A stretch of 32,000 nucleotides of DNA from NCBI RefSeq assembly GCF_001594005.1, contig NZ_LTBA01000003.1, positions 57,537 through 89,536 of the forward strand, in the 5' to 3' direction. Origin of the DNA: Clostridium tepidiprofundi DSM 19306 (GTDB lineage Bacteria; Bacillota; Clostridia; Clostridiales; Clostridiaceae). Below, piece by piece: positions 1 to 7,669 of this stretch. The notes beneath the pieces are model-generated. The model was given only the letters and a program-made list of their open reading frames with translations. It did not search any database and had not been told where the DNA came from. Numbering within the stretch: the first letter of the stretch is position 1; each line of letters starts with the position of its first letter. The position numbers and the translations under genes were made by a program.

Positions 1-25
1 TAACGTAACTCTTTAATTTCCTAAT

Positions 26-664
26 TTACGTTCTTATAATCACTTCTTTTACATATTTTACCATATTATATCTGTCGATATCAACCTGTTTACAAATATC
101 TTCTAATATTGTTAATGACAATAAAACTACTATTAAATCCTTATTAGAATATTCCATTATGCCATATTTTATTTTCATCTTGTTTACTATCTTTTTATCA
201 TAATATATTTCTCTGTATATCTCATCAAACGTTTTATACAGAATATTGTATGAAACATTTGTAAAATCCAAACGAACCTTCTTATTACTTCTTCTTACCT
301 TTTTAATAATATTAAATGCTTTTTCACTTCTGTAATATTTTTCAATCATTACAACATAATTATCAGCAATAAAGTCAGCAATGATTTTAGTATCAATAAT
401 AGCTATATCACCCTCTGTATTAAACATAGCTATAAAATCTATATCTTTCTTTACATCTCTTATTTCAGCAATTAGTTTTTTTATTCTATAACTGAATGCA
501 CTAGTAAATCGTGCATTGTACACTAAATAATTTATATTTTTTTCTGATGAAATTGCAACTATGTCACTAAATTTCCTTACTCCATTCTTCCCACATTCTT
601 TGTCAGACAAGCATATCACCTCATGATATAGTATTTCGATGTTTTTATTCTTTGTAAAATACAA
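26..664 (-). CDS. hypothetical protein, no family recognised
   Basis: 212-codon ORF. The longest start is TTG at 664. An in-frame TTG at 608-610 lies 6 nt after a GAGGTG RBS (617-622), so the true start is uncertain. K/I/N-rich soluble protein with no motif I recognise. Confidence 0.45.
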   Translation of the reverse strand: MYFTKNKNIEILYHEVICLSDKECGKNGVRKFSDIVAISSEKNINYLVYNARFTSAFSYRIKKLIAEIRDVKKDIDFIAMFNTEGDIAIIDTKIIADFIADNYVVMIEKYYRSEKAFNIIKKVRRSNKKVRLDFTNVSYNILYKTFDEIYREIYYDKKIVNKMKIKYGIMEYSNKDLIVVLLSLTILEDICKQVDIDRYNMVKYVKEVIIRT

Positions 665-813
665 TAATTTTATACTATAACTTCAATTCGTAATATGCAC
701 TATAAATATTTAATATCATATATTTTTTAGTAATATTCACTATAAAAATCTCTGCATACTGCATTTTTTCGTTGTAATATGTATGATAAAAATCTAAATT
801 ACGAATTGAAGTA

Positions 814-2097
814 CTATAATTGTCTTTCAATATTCTTATAATTTTGTTTCATTATTTTTAAATCATCGTTTTTCATATCATGTTGTGAAAATTTAGCCTC
901 ATTATAAATTTGGCTTATAGAATCCAAATCCTCAACATCATCAACATACAATTTTGTAACATTGCTAAGCTGTGTTGCATTCATATGAGGCTTAAAAATA
1001 TTCTTATCCAAAGTCATTATTTGAAACTTTTTATAAACATATAATATTTGTTCATTAATACTTCCCTTACCTTTTAATATTTTTCTTGCTAAATCCCTAA
1101 ATATACTTTTCTTTTTTCTGTTGATAATTTTTTCCTTTTCTTCAGTTACTAGCTCAAATCGTACACCTTTAGTTTTTTTATGTCCAATTACAATTTTATA
1201 TATAGCAAAAACAACCAACGCAATCAACAGTATCTTAATAGCTATATCCAATGCTGTTGTACCTATTGTACTAGCATAATCTTTTCGTATATTGGCATTT
1301 ATTGTATTGTCTCCTTTAACTAAATTGTCGAGTAGCTTTTCTGTATTTTCATTCATATGGGCAACTATGAAATTTTTTAAATATAAAAAAGGTTTTTCTA
1401 ATATCTTCATTAAAAACAAAACCACAATATTCACAACAACTTGAAATAGCTTGTTTATTTCTGAAAATATCCAATAAAATATTGTTTTAAAGATCAAGAA
1501 AACCTTATCTATTGAAAACAATATTATCGTTATAGCTATCACAATATTATAAAAATATGATCTTTTATTCCTTATTTTGAATGAATATCTTCTACTCTCC
1601 CTTAAAAGGAGTACCGCCGTTACAATAATAAAAATATAGTATTTTGAAAGAAGTATTGACATACACTTATCAGTGAATGAAATTATAACTCCGAAAAAAA
1701 TAAATAAAATTAATCCTTTTTGGACTCTATCTCTATAAGTATAATAATCAATTACCTCATCTTCATATCTGTATGATATATATATGCTGATTACAATAAA
1801 AACAATACTAAATATTACATTTCCAATATTAAATATAATCATTAATACTGTACATGCAACTAAAGAAATACCAATCGGCAAAACAAATTTATATTTCTTC
1901 CATAACAATAAATTATTAAATTTGTATTTCAGAAACTGCATCAAAAAAATTCCTAGTAGTGATATCAGGAAAATACTCTCATCAACATATATATTGAAAA
2001 ATATTTTTCCGACAATACACCAAATAATGAAGAATAACAATTGAAAAAATATATTATATATCGTTTTGACCTGTCTAAACCAACTCACTAGCTCCAC
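814..2097 (-). CDS. polytopic membrane protein with a DUF4129-like C-terminal domain (third gene of the MoxR/DUF58 operon)
   Basis: 427 aa. Residues 1-330 are mostly hydrophobic helices, followed by a soluble tail (ATQLSNVTKLYVDDVEDLDSISQIYNEAKFSQHDM) of DUF4129 type. The start overlaps the DUF58 stop by 10 nt. Confidence 0.6.
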   Translation of the reverse strand: MELVSWFRQVKTIYNIFFQLLFFIIWCIVGKIFFNIYVDESIFLISLLGIFLMQFLKYKFNNLLLWKKYKFVLPIGISLVACTVLMIIFNIGNVIFSIVFIVISIYISYRYEDEVIDYYTYRDRVQKGLILFIFFGVIISFTDKCMSILLSKYYIFIIVTAVLLLRESRRYSFKIRNKRSYFYNIVIAITIILFSIDKVFLIFKTIFYWIFSEINKLFQVVVNIVVLFLMKILEKPFLYLKNFIVAHMNENTEKLLDNLVKGDNTINANIRKDYASTIGTTALDIAIKILLIALVVFAIYKIVIGHKKTKGVRFELVTEEKEKIINRKKKSIFRDLARKILKGKGSINEQILYVYKKFQIMTLDKNIFKPHMNATQLSNVTKLYVDDVEDLDSISQIYNEAKFSQHDMKNDDLKIMKQNYKNIERQL

Positions 2098-3215
2098 TCA
2101 CCTTTATAATCCACTTTTTCTACACCCCTAATATTAGTGACAGAATTGTCTAATGAAACATCTATCAATTTAATATCCATTCCCTTATCCCTTAATTTGG
2201 AAATGATACTGACTGATGCCTCATTCAAATATGGTGTTAAAATTAAATATGTATTCTTCTGCATAAAATCATTTTTCTTATTCTCTAAATATTTGTCAAA
2301 TTTAATTTCAACAGAACAATCAATACGTGCACATAGCTCTAAAATTTTCACAAATGAATTTGTTGAAGCTTTAACTGTACTAGAATACATTGATTGCATA
2401 CCTATTAGTTTTGCATTAGTCCACATTCCTGTAGGCATTCCCTCTTTAGTAGCCTTCGCAGCTAAAGCTACGCCTACTTTAATAGCATCTTCAATACACT
2501 TCTCACATATAGTGCTCCATTCAATTTCGCCACACTGTATATTCAAAATAATTATTAACTCTCTTTCAGATGTGTAATCATATTCCTTAACCATAAGCTT
2601 GTTCATCTTTAAACTAGATTTCCAATGAATATCCTTCATTCTGTCCTCAACATTATATTCTCTAACTCCTCTAACATAAAGAGGATCCTTATGTATCCAC
2701 CTTTTAACTATTTCATCACCCAATAAATTTGTATTATTAAATTTGAATTTGCTGATATTTTTCACTTTAGGATATACAATTACTTCTTTATAATCTAAAA
2801 TATCCTTAGTTTCTGCCGAGAATCCAAATAAATCCCCTATTGTTATCTGTATGTCCCTTATTATATATGTACCTCTTTTATTAACTAGTACATTATATTT
2901 TCTTTTTCTTCGTTCATAATTCAATATAGAATACTTGCTTGTATGATACTGATTATTGCTATTTCTTAAAATCTGTGCATTGTTGCCATACACAAAATTT
3001 AATGGTATTCTCTCTTTAATCAATATAAATGAAACAGGAAGCCATTTATTATTTTCAACCACTGTCTCAATAATCAATTCTTCACCTTCAAATATCCTAT
3101 TGTTTTGTATATTTCTTGTTATTTTTAACTTTTCAAAACCCTTAATTCGTGTAACTTTTGCAATTAACATTAACAATAAAATTATACAGCATATGAAAAA
3201 AACCTGCATTAACAT
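2088..3215 (-). CDS. DUF58 domain protein (vWA-like partner of MoxR)
   Basis: 375 aa with an N-terminal TM helix and the DUF58 signature region REYNVEDRMKDIHWKSSLKMNKLMVKEY. Lies 9 nt downstream of the MoxR gene. Confidence 0.8.
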   Translation of the reverse strand: MLMQVFFICCIILLLMLIAKVTRIKGFEKLKITRNIQNNRIFEGEELIIETVVENNKWLPVSFILIKERIPLNFVYGNNAQILRNSNNQYHTSKYSILNYERRKRKYNVLVNKRGTYIIRDIQITIGDLFGFSAETKDILDYKEVIVYPKVKNISKFKFNNTNLLGDEIVKRWIHKDPLYVRGVREYNVEDRMKDIHWKSSLKMNKLMVKEYDYTSERELIIILNIQCGEIEWSTICEKCIEDAIKVGVALAAKATKEGMPTGMWTNAKLIGMQSMYSSTVKASTNSFVKILELCARIDCSVEIKFDKYLENKKNDFMQKNTYLILTPYLNEASVSIISKLRDKGMDIKLIDVSLDNSVTNIRGVEKVDYKGEWS

Positions 3216-3224
3216 ACCATCACC

Positions 3225-4175
3225 CTAAACCTCTTCTAGAGGAGCCTTAATTGAATTTAAAATATCTTCTATAATCTTTTCTGATAAATTTTTACTAATG
3301 CTGATTTCACTTTTAAGAATTAACCTATGACTTAAAACAGGAACAGACATTTCTTTAACATCTTCAGGTATAACATAATCTCTACCATTTATTGCTGCAT
3401 TAGCTTGAGAAGCCTTCATAAGATTCAATGTTGCTCTAGGACTACATCCTAATTCTACATCATTATGTGTTCTTGTCTTTAAAATAATATTTAATATGTA
3501 TTCTTTTATATCCTTGCTAACAAAAACTTTGTCATAATTATTTTGAACATATTCTATCTCTTCTATTGAAACAACTTCCTCAATTGAATCAAAAGGATCA
3601 GAATCTACATATCTATTCATCATTTCAATTTCTTCATTTGAATTTGGATATCCCATAGAAAGTTTGATAAAAAACCTATCTAATTGTGCCTCTGGAAGTG
3701 GAAAAGTCCCGAATTGCTCCACAGGATTCTGAGTTGCTATTACAAAGAAAGGCCTTGATAATTTAATTGTATTACCCTCTATTGTTACTTGACGTTCTGC
3801 CATGCATTCAAGCAATGCTGATTGTGTCCTTGGAGTAGCCCTATTTATCTCATCTGCTAGTATAAACTGTTTTAATAATGGTCCTTCTTTAAACTCAAAT
3901 TCTTGTGTTTTTTGATTATAATAGTAGATACCTGTTAAATCAGAAGGGAGAAGATCTGGCGTAAACTGAATTCTGCTAAAACTACAATTCATTGACTTTG
4001 CCATGCTTTTAGCTAGTTTTGTTTTCCCTACCCCTGGAACATCTTCTAAAAGAACGTGCCCAGAGCAAATAAATGCAACAATAATTTTATCTATTTTATC
4101 TTCCTTCCCAACAATAACCTTGCTAATGTTTTTATTCACTTTACATTTAAAATTTTCAAACATATCAGTTTCCAT
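3225..4175 (-). CDS. MoxR-family AAA+ ATPase
   Basis: Walker A GVPGVGKT, Walker B ILADEINR, ATQNP and PEAQLDRF motifs. I place the start at ATG 4173-4175 (METDMF), 8 nt after GTGGGGG. The track's GTG at 4190 sits inside that RBS. Confidence 0.9.
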   Translation of the reverse strand: METDMFENFKCKVNKNISKVIVGKEDKIDKIIVAFICSGHVLLEDVPGVGKTKLAKSMAKSMNCSFSRIQFTPDLLPSDLTGIYYYNQKTQEFEFKEGPLLKQFILADEINRATPRTQSALLECMAERQVTIEGNTIKLSRPFFVIATQNPVEQFGTFPLPEAQLDRFFIKLSMGYPNSNEEIEMMNRYVDSDPFDSIEEVVSIEEIEYVQNNYDKVFVSKDIKEYILNIILKTRTHNDVELGCSPRATLNLMKASQANAAINGRDYVIPEDVKEMSVPVLSHRLILKSEISISKNLSEKIIEDILNSIKAPLEEV

Positions 4176-4242
4176 ATTAATTACCCCCACGCAACAATAT
4201 CATTGTAAAATAATGTATATTAGAAGCACTTTCTACGACTTT

Positions 4243-4271
4243 ATTTTACTCGTAAAAAGAAAATAATTCAA
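4243..4271 (-). promoter_or_regulatory. candidate sigma-A promoter of the moxR operon
   Basis: On the minus strand: TTGAAT (4266-4271), 17-nt spacer, TAAAAT (4243-4248), about 70 nt upstream of the moxR start. Confidence 0.3.
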
Positions 4272-4335
4272 GTCTAATAATTTTTAGTTTTTAGTTTCTT
4301 ACGAATATTCTAAATTTAATTTTTCTTTTAAATTC

Positions 4336-4586
4336 CCAGCACCTTGTTTTTCCTCTAGTACCTCCTTTCCCCTCCTAGTACCTAACAAGATACTGGTTAC
4401 CAAGTTACAAATTTGTGTTAGAGACTAGAGATTGGAGACTGGAAACTGAACCAAAGTCGCTAATCACCAATCACCAAAGCAGATTGTAACTTAGTTAGAA
4501 ATTTAAAGTCTAGCACCTTGTTTTTCCTCCCAGTACCTTCTTTCCCCTCCTAGTACCTAACAAGATACTGGTTACCAAGTTACAAA
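4336..4586. repeat. composite intergenic repeat, family B, locus B1
   Basis: A direct repeat of about 76 nt (4336-4411 and 4510-4586, nearly identical) flanks an imperfect stem-loop of about 95 nt. Stem pairings are 4402-4410/4485-4493 and 4418-4440/4455-4477. Homologous to 29103-29455. Confidence 0.85.
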
Positions 4587-4598
4587 CTATCACTTTGT

Positions 4599-5066
4599 TT
4601 AGTATCCAAGCATAGCTGGAACAGCTACTAACCCTATTGTTATAACTGCTGATGAAATCAATGCCCCTATTGCAGCACATAGAACTGATTTCTTAAAATC
4701 AAATTTTAAAAACGCAGCAATAGCAGTACCTGTCCAAACTCCAGTAGTAGGAAGCGGTATAGCAATAAATGTAATTAATGCTGGCTCTTTATATTTTTCA
4801 AATTTATATTTGTTTTTATTTATTTTTCTTTCTATAATGTCACAAAATTTATAAAAAATTTTATATTTCTTTAGCCATTCAAATATTTTTTCAAATAGTA
4901 GTAATATAAATGGAACAGGCAACAAGCTTCCTAAATAACTCACAACAAACACAACAAATGGATTTAAATTATACCTAAACAATCCAATAGGTATAGCTCC
5001 CCTTTGTTCAACAATAGGAACTGCTGACCAAAATATCACTATCAATATACTTTTAATTATACCCAT
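4599..5066 (-). CDS. small multidrug-export-like membrane protein (COG2426 / Sm_multidrug_ex type)
   Basis: Hydrophobic protein with the VEQRGAIPIG motif near its N-terminus. Start chosen at ATG 5064-5066 (MGIIKSIL), preceded by AAGGGGA. The upstream in-frame extension to 5153 has no RBS. Confidence 0.7.
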   Translation of the reverse strand: MGIIKSILIVIFWSAVPIVEQRGAIPIGLFRYNLNPFVVFVVSYLGSLLPVPFILLLFEKIFEWLKKYKIFYKFCDIIERKINKNKYKFEKYKEPALITFIAIPLPTTGVWTGTAIAAFLKFDFKKSVLCAAIGALISSAVITIGLVAVPAMLGY

Positions 5067-5196
5067 AATTCGATTCCCCTTATATAATTTCATAGTCATT
5101 ATAATTTTATAAGTCTTATAACCTATTATATAGAGCATTTGAAAATCTTTCAATAAACTTATCTAAATTCTAAAAACTTCATAATACATAATACAT

Positions 5197-5231
5197 AAAA
5201 ATCTCTAAGAACTCTTCGTCTTAGAGATTTT
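5197..5231. terminator. bidirectional rho-independent terminator downstream of ssb
   Basis: AAAATCTCTAAGA / TCTTAGAGATTTT stem with an 8-nt loop and T-runs on both strands. Confidence 0.7.
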
Positions 5232-5235
5232 TGGG

Positions 5236-5574
5236 CTAATTTGTTTTCTCTTCCTTCTTGAAATCCAAGAAATTAATTTGCTCTGCTATTATTTCTGCAT
5301 AGTATTTTCTTTCACCTTCTTGAATCTCATAACTGCCAACCTTTAATCTGCCAATAACATTAATGAGTCTACCTTTTTCTAAATGTTCAACCAAACTTTC
5401 TGCAATTCTGCCCCACAAAGCAATCTGTATAAAATCAGTTTCTTTGTCCTTGTTGATGTTCTTAAATTCTCTATCTACCGCTAAAATAAATTTTAGATAT
5501 GGTATATTCTTTTCTGTTGTATGTCTTAATTCTGGTGTTTTAACTATTCTTCCAATAAGCAAAACTTTATTCAT
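5236..5574 (-). CDS. ssb: single-stranded DNA-binding protein paralog (OB fold only, no acidic tail)
   Basis: MNKVLLIGRIVKTPELRHT...DFIQIALWGRIAE...YEIQEGERKYYAEIIAEQINFL aligns with the canonical SSB OB fold. Ends at 112 aa with no Gly/Pro linker and no D-D-D-I/L-P-F tip. Confidence 0.8.
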   Translation of the reverse strand: MNKVLLIGRIVKTPELRHTTEKNIPYLKFILAVDREFKNINKDKETDFIQIALWGRIAESLVEHLEKGRLINVIGRLKVGSYEIQEGERKYYAEIIAEQINFLDFKKEEKTN

Positions 5575-5965
5575 TTTATCACTCCTGACTTCATAAAATA
5601 CACCTTATATATAAATTAATATCCAGTTTAATACTTTTTAAACACAGAAGTTTAGCACTTAAATATCTTTCAAGTTAGCATTAATTGTAAACTGCCATAA
5701 TAGACTTTAATCCCATTTTATGTTATACTGGTATTACAGTTTAATATTATTCTTTTCTTATGCATAAAATAGTGTCGAGTAGTTTTATTTTAATACATGG
5801 CATCTTATCAAATCATACATAAGCATTATTCATAATATTATACCTATTTTGAGTTTTATTCATTTTATAATAACTTCAAATGAATTTGTTTTACTAAATC
5901 AAAAATATTAGTACTTTGTGCGGAAATATTACTCTATCTAAAGCAAAAATTCAAATTTCCACTCA

Positions 5966-6026
5966 TAAAGCATTTGAAATAAAATAACTCAGTAAACTCG
6001 TTTTGATAAAGCAAAACATTGAGACT
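5966..6026 (+). repeat. degenerate family A repeat arm plus small hairpin (copy A4)
   Basis: TAAAGCATTTGAAATAAAATAACTCAGTAAAC matches the family A terminal arm. The following CGTTTTGATAAAGCAAAAC hairpin (6000-6017) matches 10942-10960 with 1 mismatch. Confidence 0.55.
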
Positions 6027-6223
6027 TTAGTTGGAGGCTCTACTCTACTTGAAATAGAAGCTTCAATCTCCCACTTGTAAAAGTGGAAGTCTTGTAAAAT
6101 TGATAAATAAGCACGTTAAGTTTAAGACTCGCTCAAAACAAGAACATAAACTATCACTTTGATAGACATTCCGAAACTTAAACTTAAAACTAACTGCAAA
6201 AATATGATAAGAGGTGGTTTTAT

Positions 6224-7402
6224 ATGAAAATAATTATAATAGGTAGCGGTGCTGCAGGTTATTATTCTGCAAAGGCTGCACGTGAAAAAAATAAAGAATG
6301 TGACATTGAAATAATATCAAAAGAAACTCTCATGCCTTACTTCAAACCAATGCTGACAAGCTATTTAACTAAAGATACATCCATAGATAAATTATTTATC
6401 TCTCAACAAGAGTGGTATGAAAAAAATAATATCAATTTAAATTTAGGAAAAAATGTTGTAAAAATTAATACCAATGATAAGAATATTGTTTTAGAAGATG
6501 ATACTATTATTGATTATGACAAATTGATAATTGCATCTGGTGCTCATGCATTTATGCCTCCTATTCCTGGTAAAGAAAAACTTAGAGCACTTACACTTAG
6601 AACATTAGAAAATGCAAATAAAATAAAAAATTACTTAAAATCAGCTGAAAGCATAGTAATAGTTGGAGGTGGCCTCTTAGGACTCCAAGCTGCGTATGAA
6701 ATAAGTAAATTGAACCTTAAAGTTATAATTGTAGAAAGAAATCCTATACTTATGCATCGTCAATTAGATAAAACTTCATCTAAGATATTAAAATCCCTTA
6801 TGGAAAATAAGAACGTTAAAGTAATAATTGGTGAATCTGTTAAAGAAGTATTGGGTTTTACAAAAGTCACTGGAGTAAAATTATCAAATAATAAATCGTT
6901 AAGATGTGATTTAGTATTATTTTCTATTGGCATAAAGCCAAATATTGATTTAATAGAAAACTCTGAAATAAAATACCACAAAGGAATTTTAGTTAATACA
7001 AGAATGGAGACTAATGTTAAAGATGTTTATGCCTGTGGTGATTGTGCAGAACTTAGTACTGCATCATATGGTAATTGGGCTGTATCCCAAAAAACAGGCG
7101 AAATTGCTGGCTCGAACGCCGCAGGAGGTAATTCTGAGTTTAACAATTTTGTACCATCATTCTTCTTCCAAGGATTTAACACAAAAATCTTTTCATGTGG
7201 TAATTTAAACAATATCGAAAGCACTCAACAAGTTAGGTTCATAGATAAAGACAGGAAGATTTTTAAAAGACTATATTTTAAACACGATGAAATTACAGGA
7301 GCAATATTGATGGGTAATACGGATAAGTCAAATGATATTGTGAATGCAATAATAAATAAGAAGACATTTAACGATATTATGAAAGAGTATACGCTCATTT
7401 AG
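6224..7402 (+). CDS. NAD(P)/FAD-dependent pyridine nucleotide-disulfide oxidoreductase (NADH:rubredoxin/ferredoxin reductase-like)
   Basis: Two Rossmann dinucleotide motifs (IIGSGAAG and VGGGLLGLQ) and an ACGDCAE FAD motif. 392 aa. RBS AAGAGGTGG lies upstream of the ATG. Confidence 0.85.
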   Translation: MKIIIIGSGAAGYYSAKAAREKNKECDIEIISKETLMPYFKPMLTSYLTKDTSIDKLFISQQEWYEKNNINLNLGKNVVKINTNDKNIVLEDDTIIDYDKLIIASGAHAFMPPIPGKEKLRALTLRTLENANKIKNYLKSAESIVIVGGGLLGLQAAYEISKLNLKVIIVERNPILMHRQLDKTSSKILKSLMENKNVKVIIGESVKEVLGFTKVTGVKLSNNKSLRCDLVLFSIGIKPNIDLIENSEIKYHKGILVNTRMETNVKDVYACGDCAELSTASYGNWAVSQKTGEIAGSNAAGGNSEFNNFVPSFFFQGFNTKIFSCGNLNNIESTQQVRFIDKDRKIFKRLYFKHDEITGAILMGNTDKSNDIVNAIINKKTFNDIMKEYTLI

Positions 7403-7404
7403 TA

Positions 7405-7570
7405 CTAAGGCATTTTCAAAAAAATAACTAGTCAGTATGCTAGCCTATTTTGCGAACTACTTCATCGTTGGAACCCGTTGATAGAACCTACTATCAGCGG
7501 AACCCAACTCTTTGTATTTCACAAAATATACGTCGCATCTTTGACTTGTTATTTTCTTTCAAATACCTAA
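7405..7570 (+). repeat. MITE-like long palindromic element, family A, copy A1
   Basis: 166 nt starting 3 nt after the oxidoreductase stop. Terminal arms TAAGGCATTTTCAAAAAAATAACTAGTCAGTATGC and GCATCTTTGACTTGTTATTTTCTTTCAAATACCTAA are inverted repeats. Apical hairpin GTTGATAG/CTATCAGC is flanked on both sides by GGAACCC. Confidence 0.8.
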
Positions 7571-7596
7571 AAGGCTATTTGTGAAAAATAGCCTTT
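7570..7596. terminator. bidirectional rho-independent terminator shared by the convergent oxidoreductase and wecB genes
   Basis: AAAGGCTATTT / AAATAGCCTTT stem with a GTGAA loop, followed by TTGTATAT on the plus strand. Confidence 0.7.
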
Positions 7597-7625
7597 TGTA
7601 TATGTAATTAAACATCTTCAAAAAT

Positions 7626-7669
7626 GACTAGTCATCATACTTGTTATTTCCTTTCAAACAAATGCCTTA
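7626..7669 (+). repeat. family A solo right arm (copy A1')
   Basis: GACTAGTCATCATACTTGTTATTTCCTTTCAAACAAATGCCTTA. Its terminal TTA (7667-7669) is the complement of the wecB TAA stop codon. Confidence 0.7.

Noticed and set aside
6120-6135. 12-nt identity TTAAGACTCGCT shared between 6122-6133 and 22771-22782, considered as evidence linking the G+C-rich element to the repeat families.
   Set aside because: A 12-mer match is expected by chance many times in a 32-kb A+T-biased window when both strands are compared. The flanking sequence does not align.
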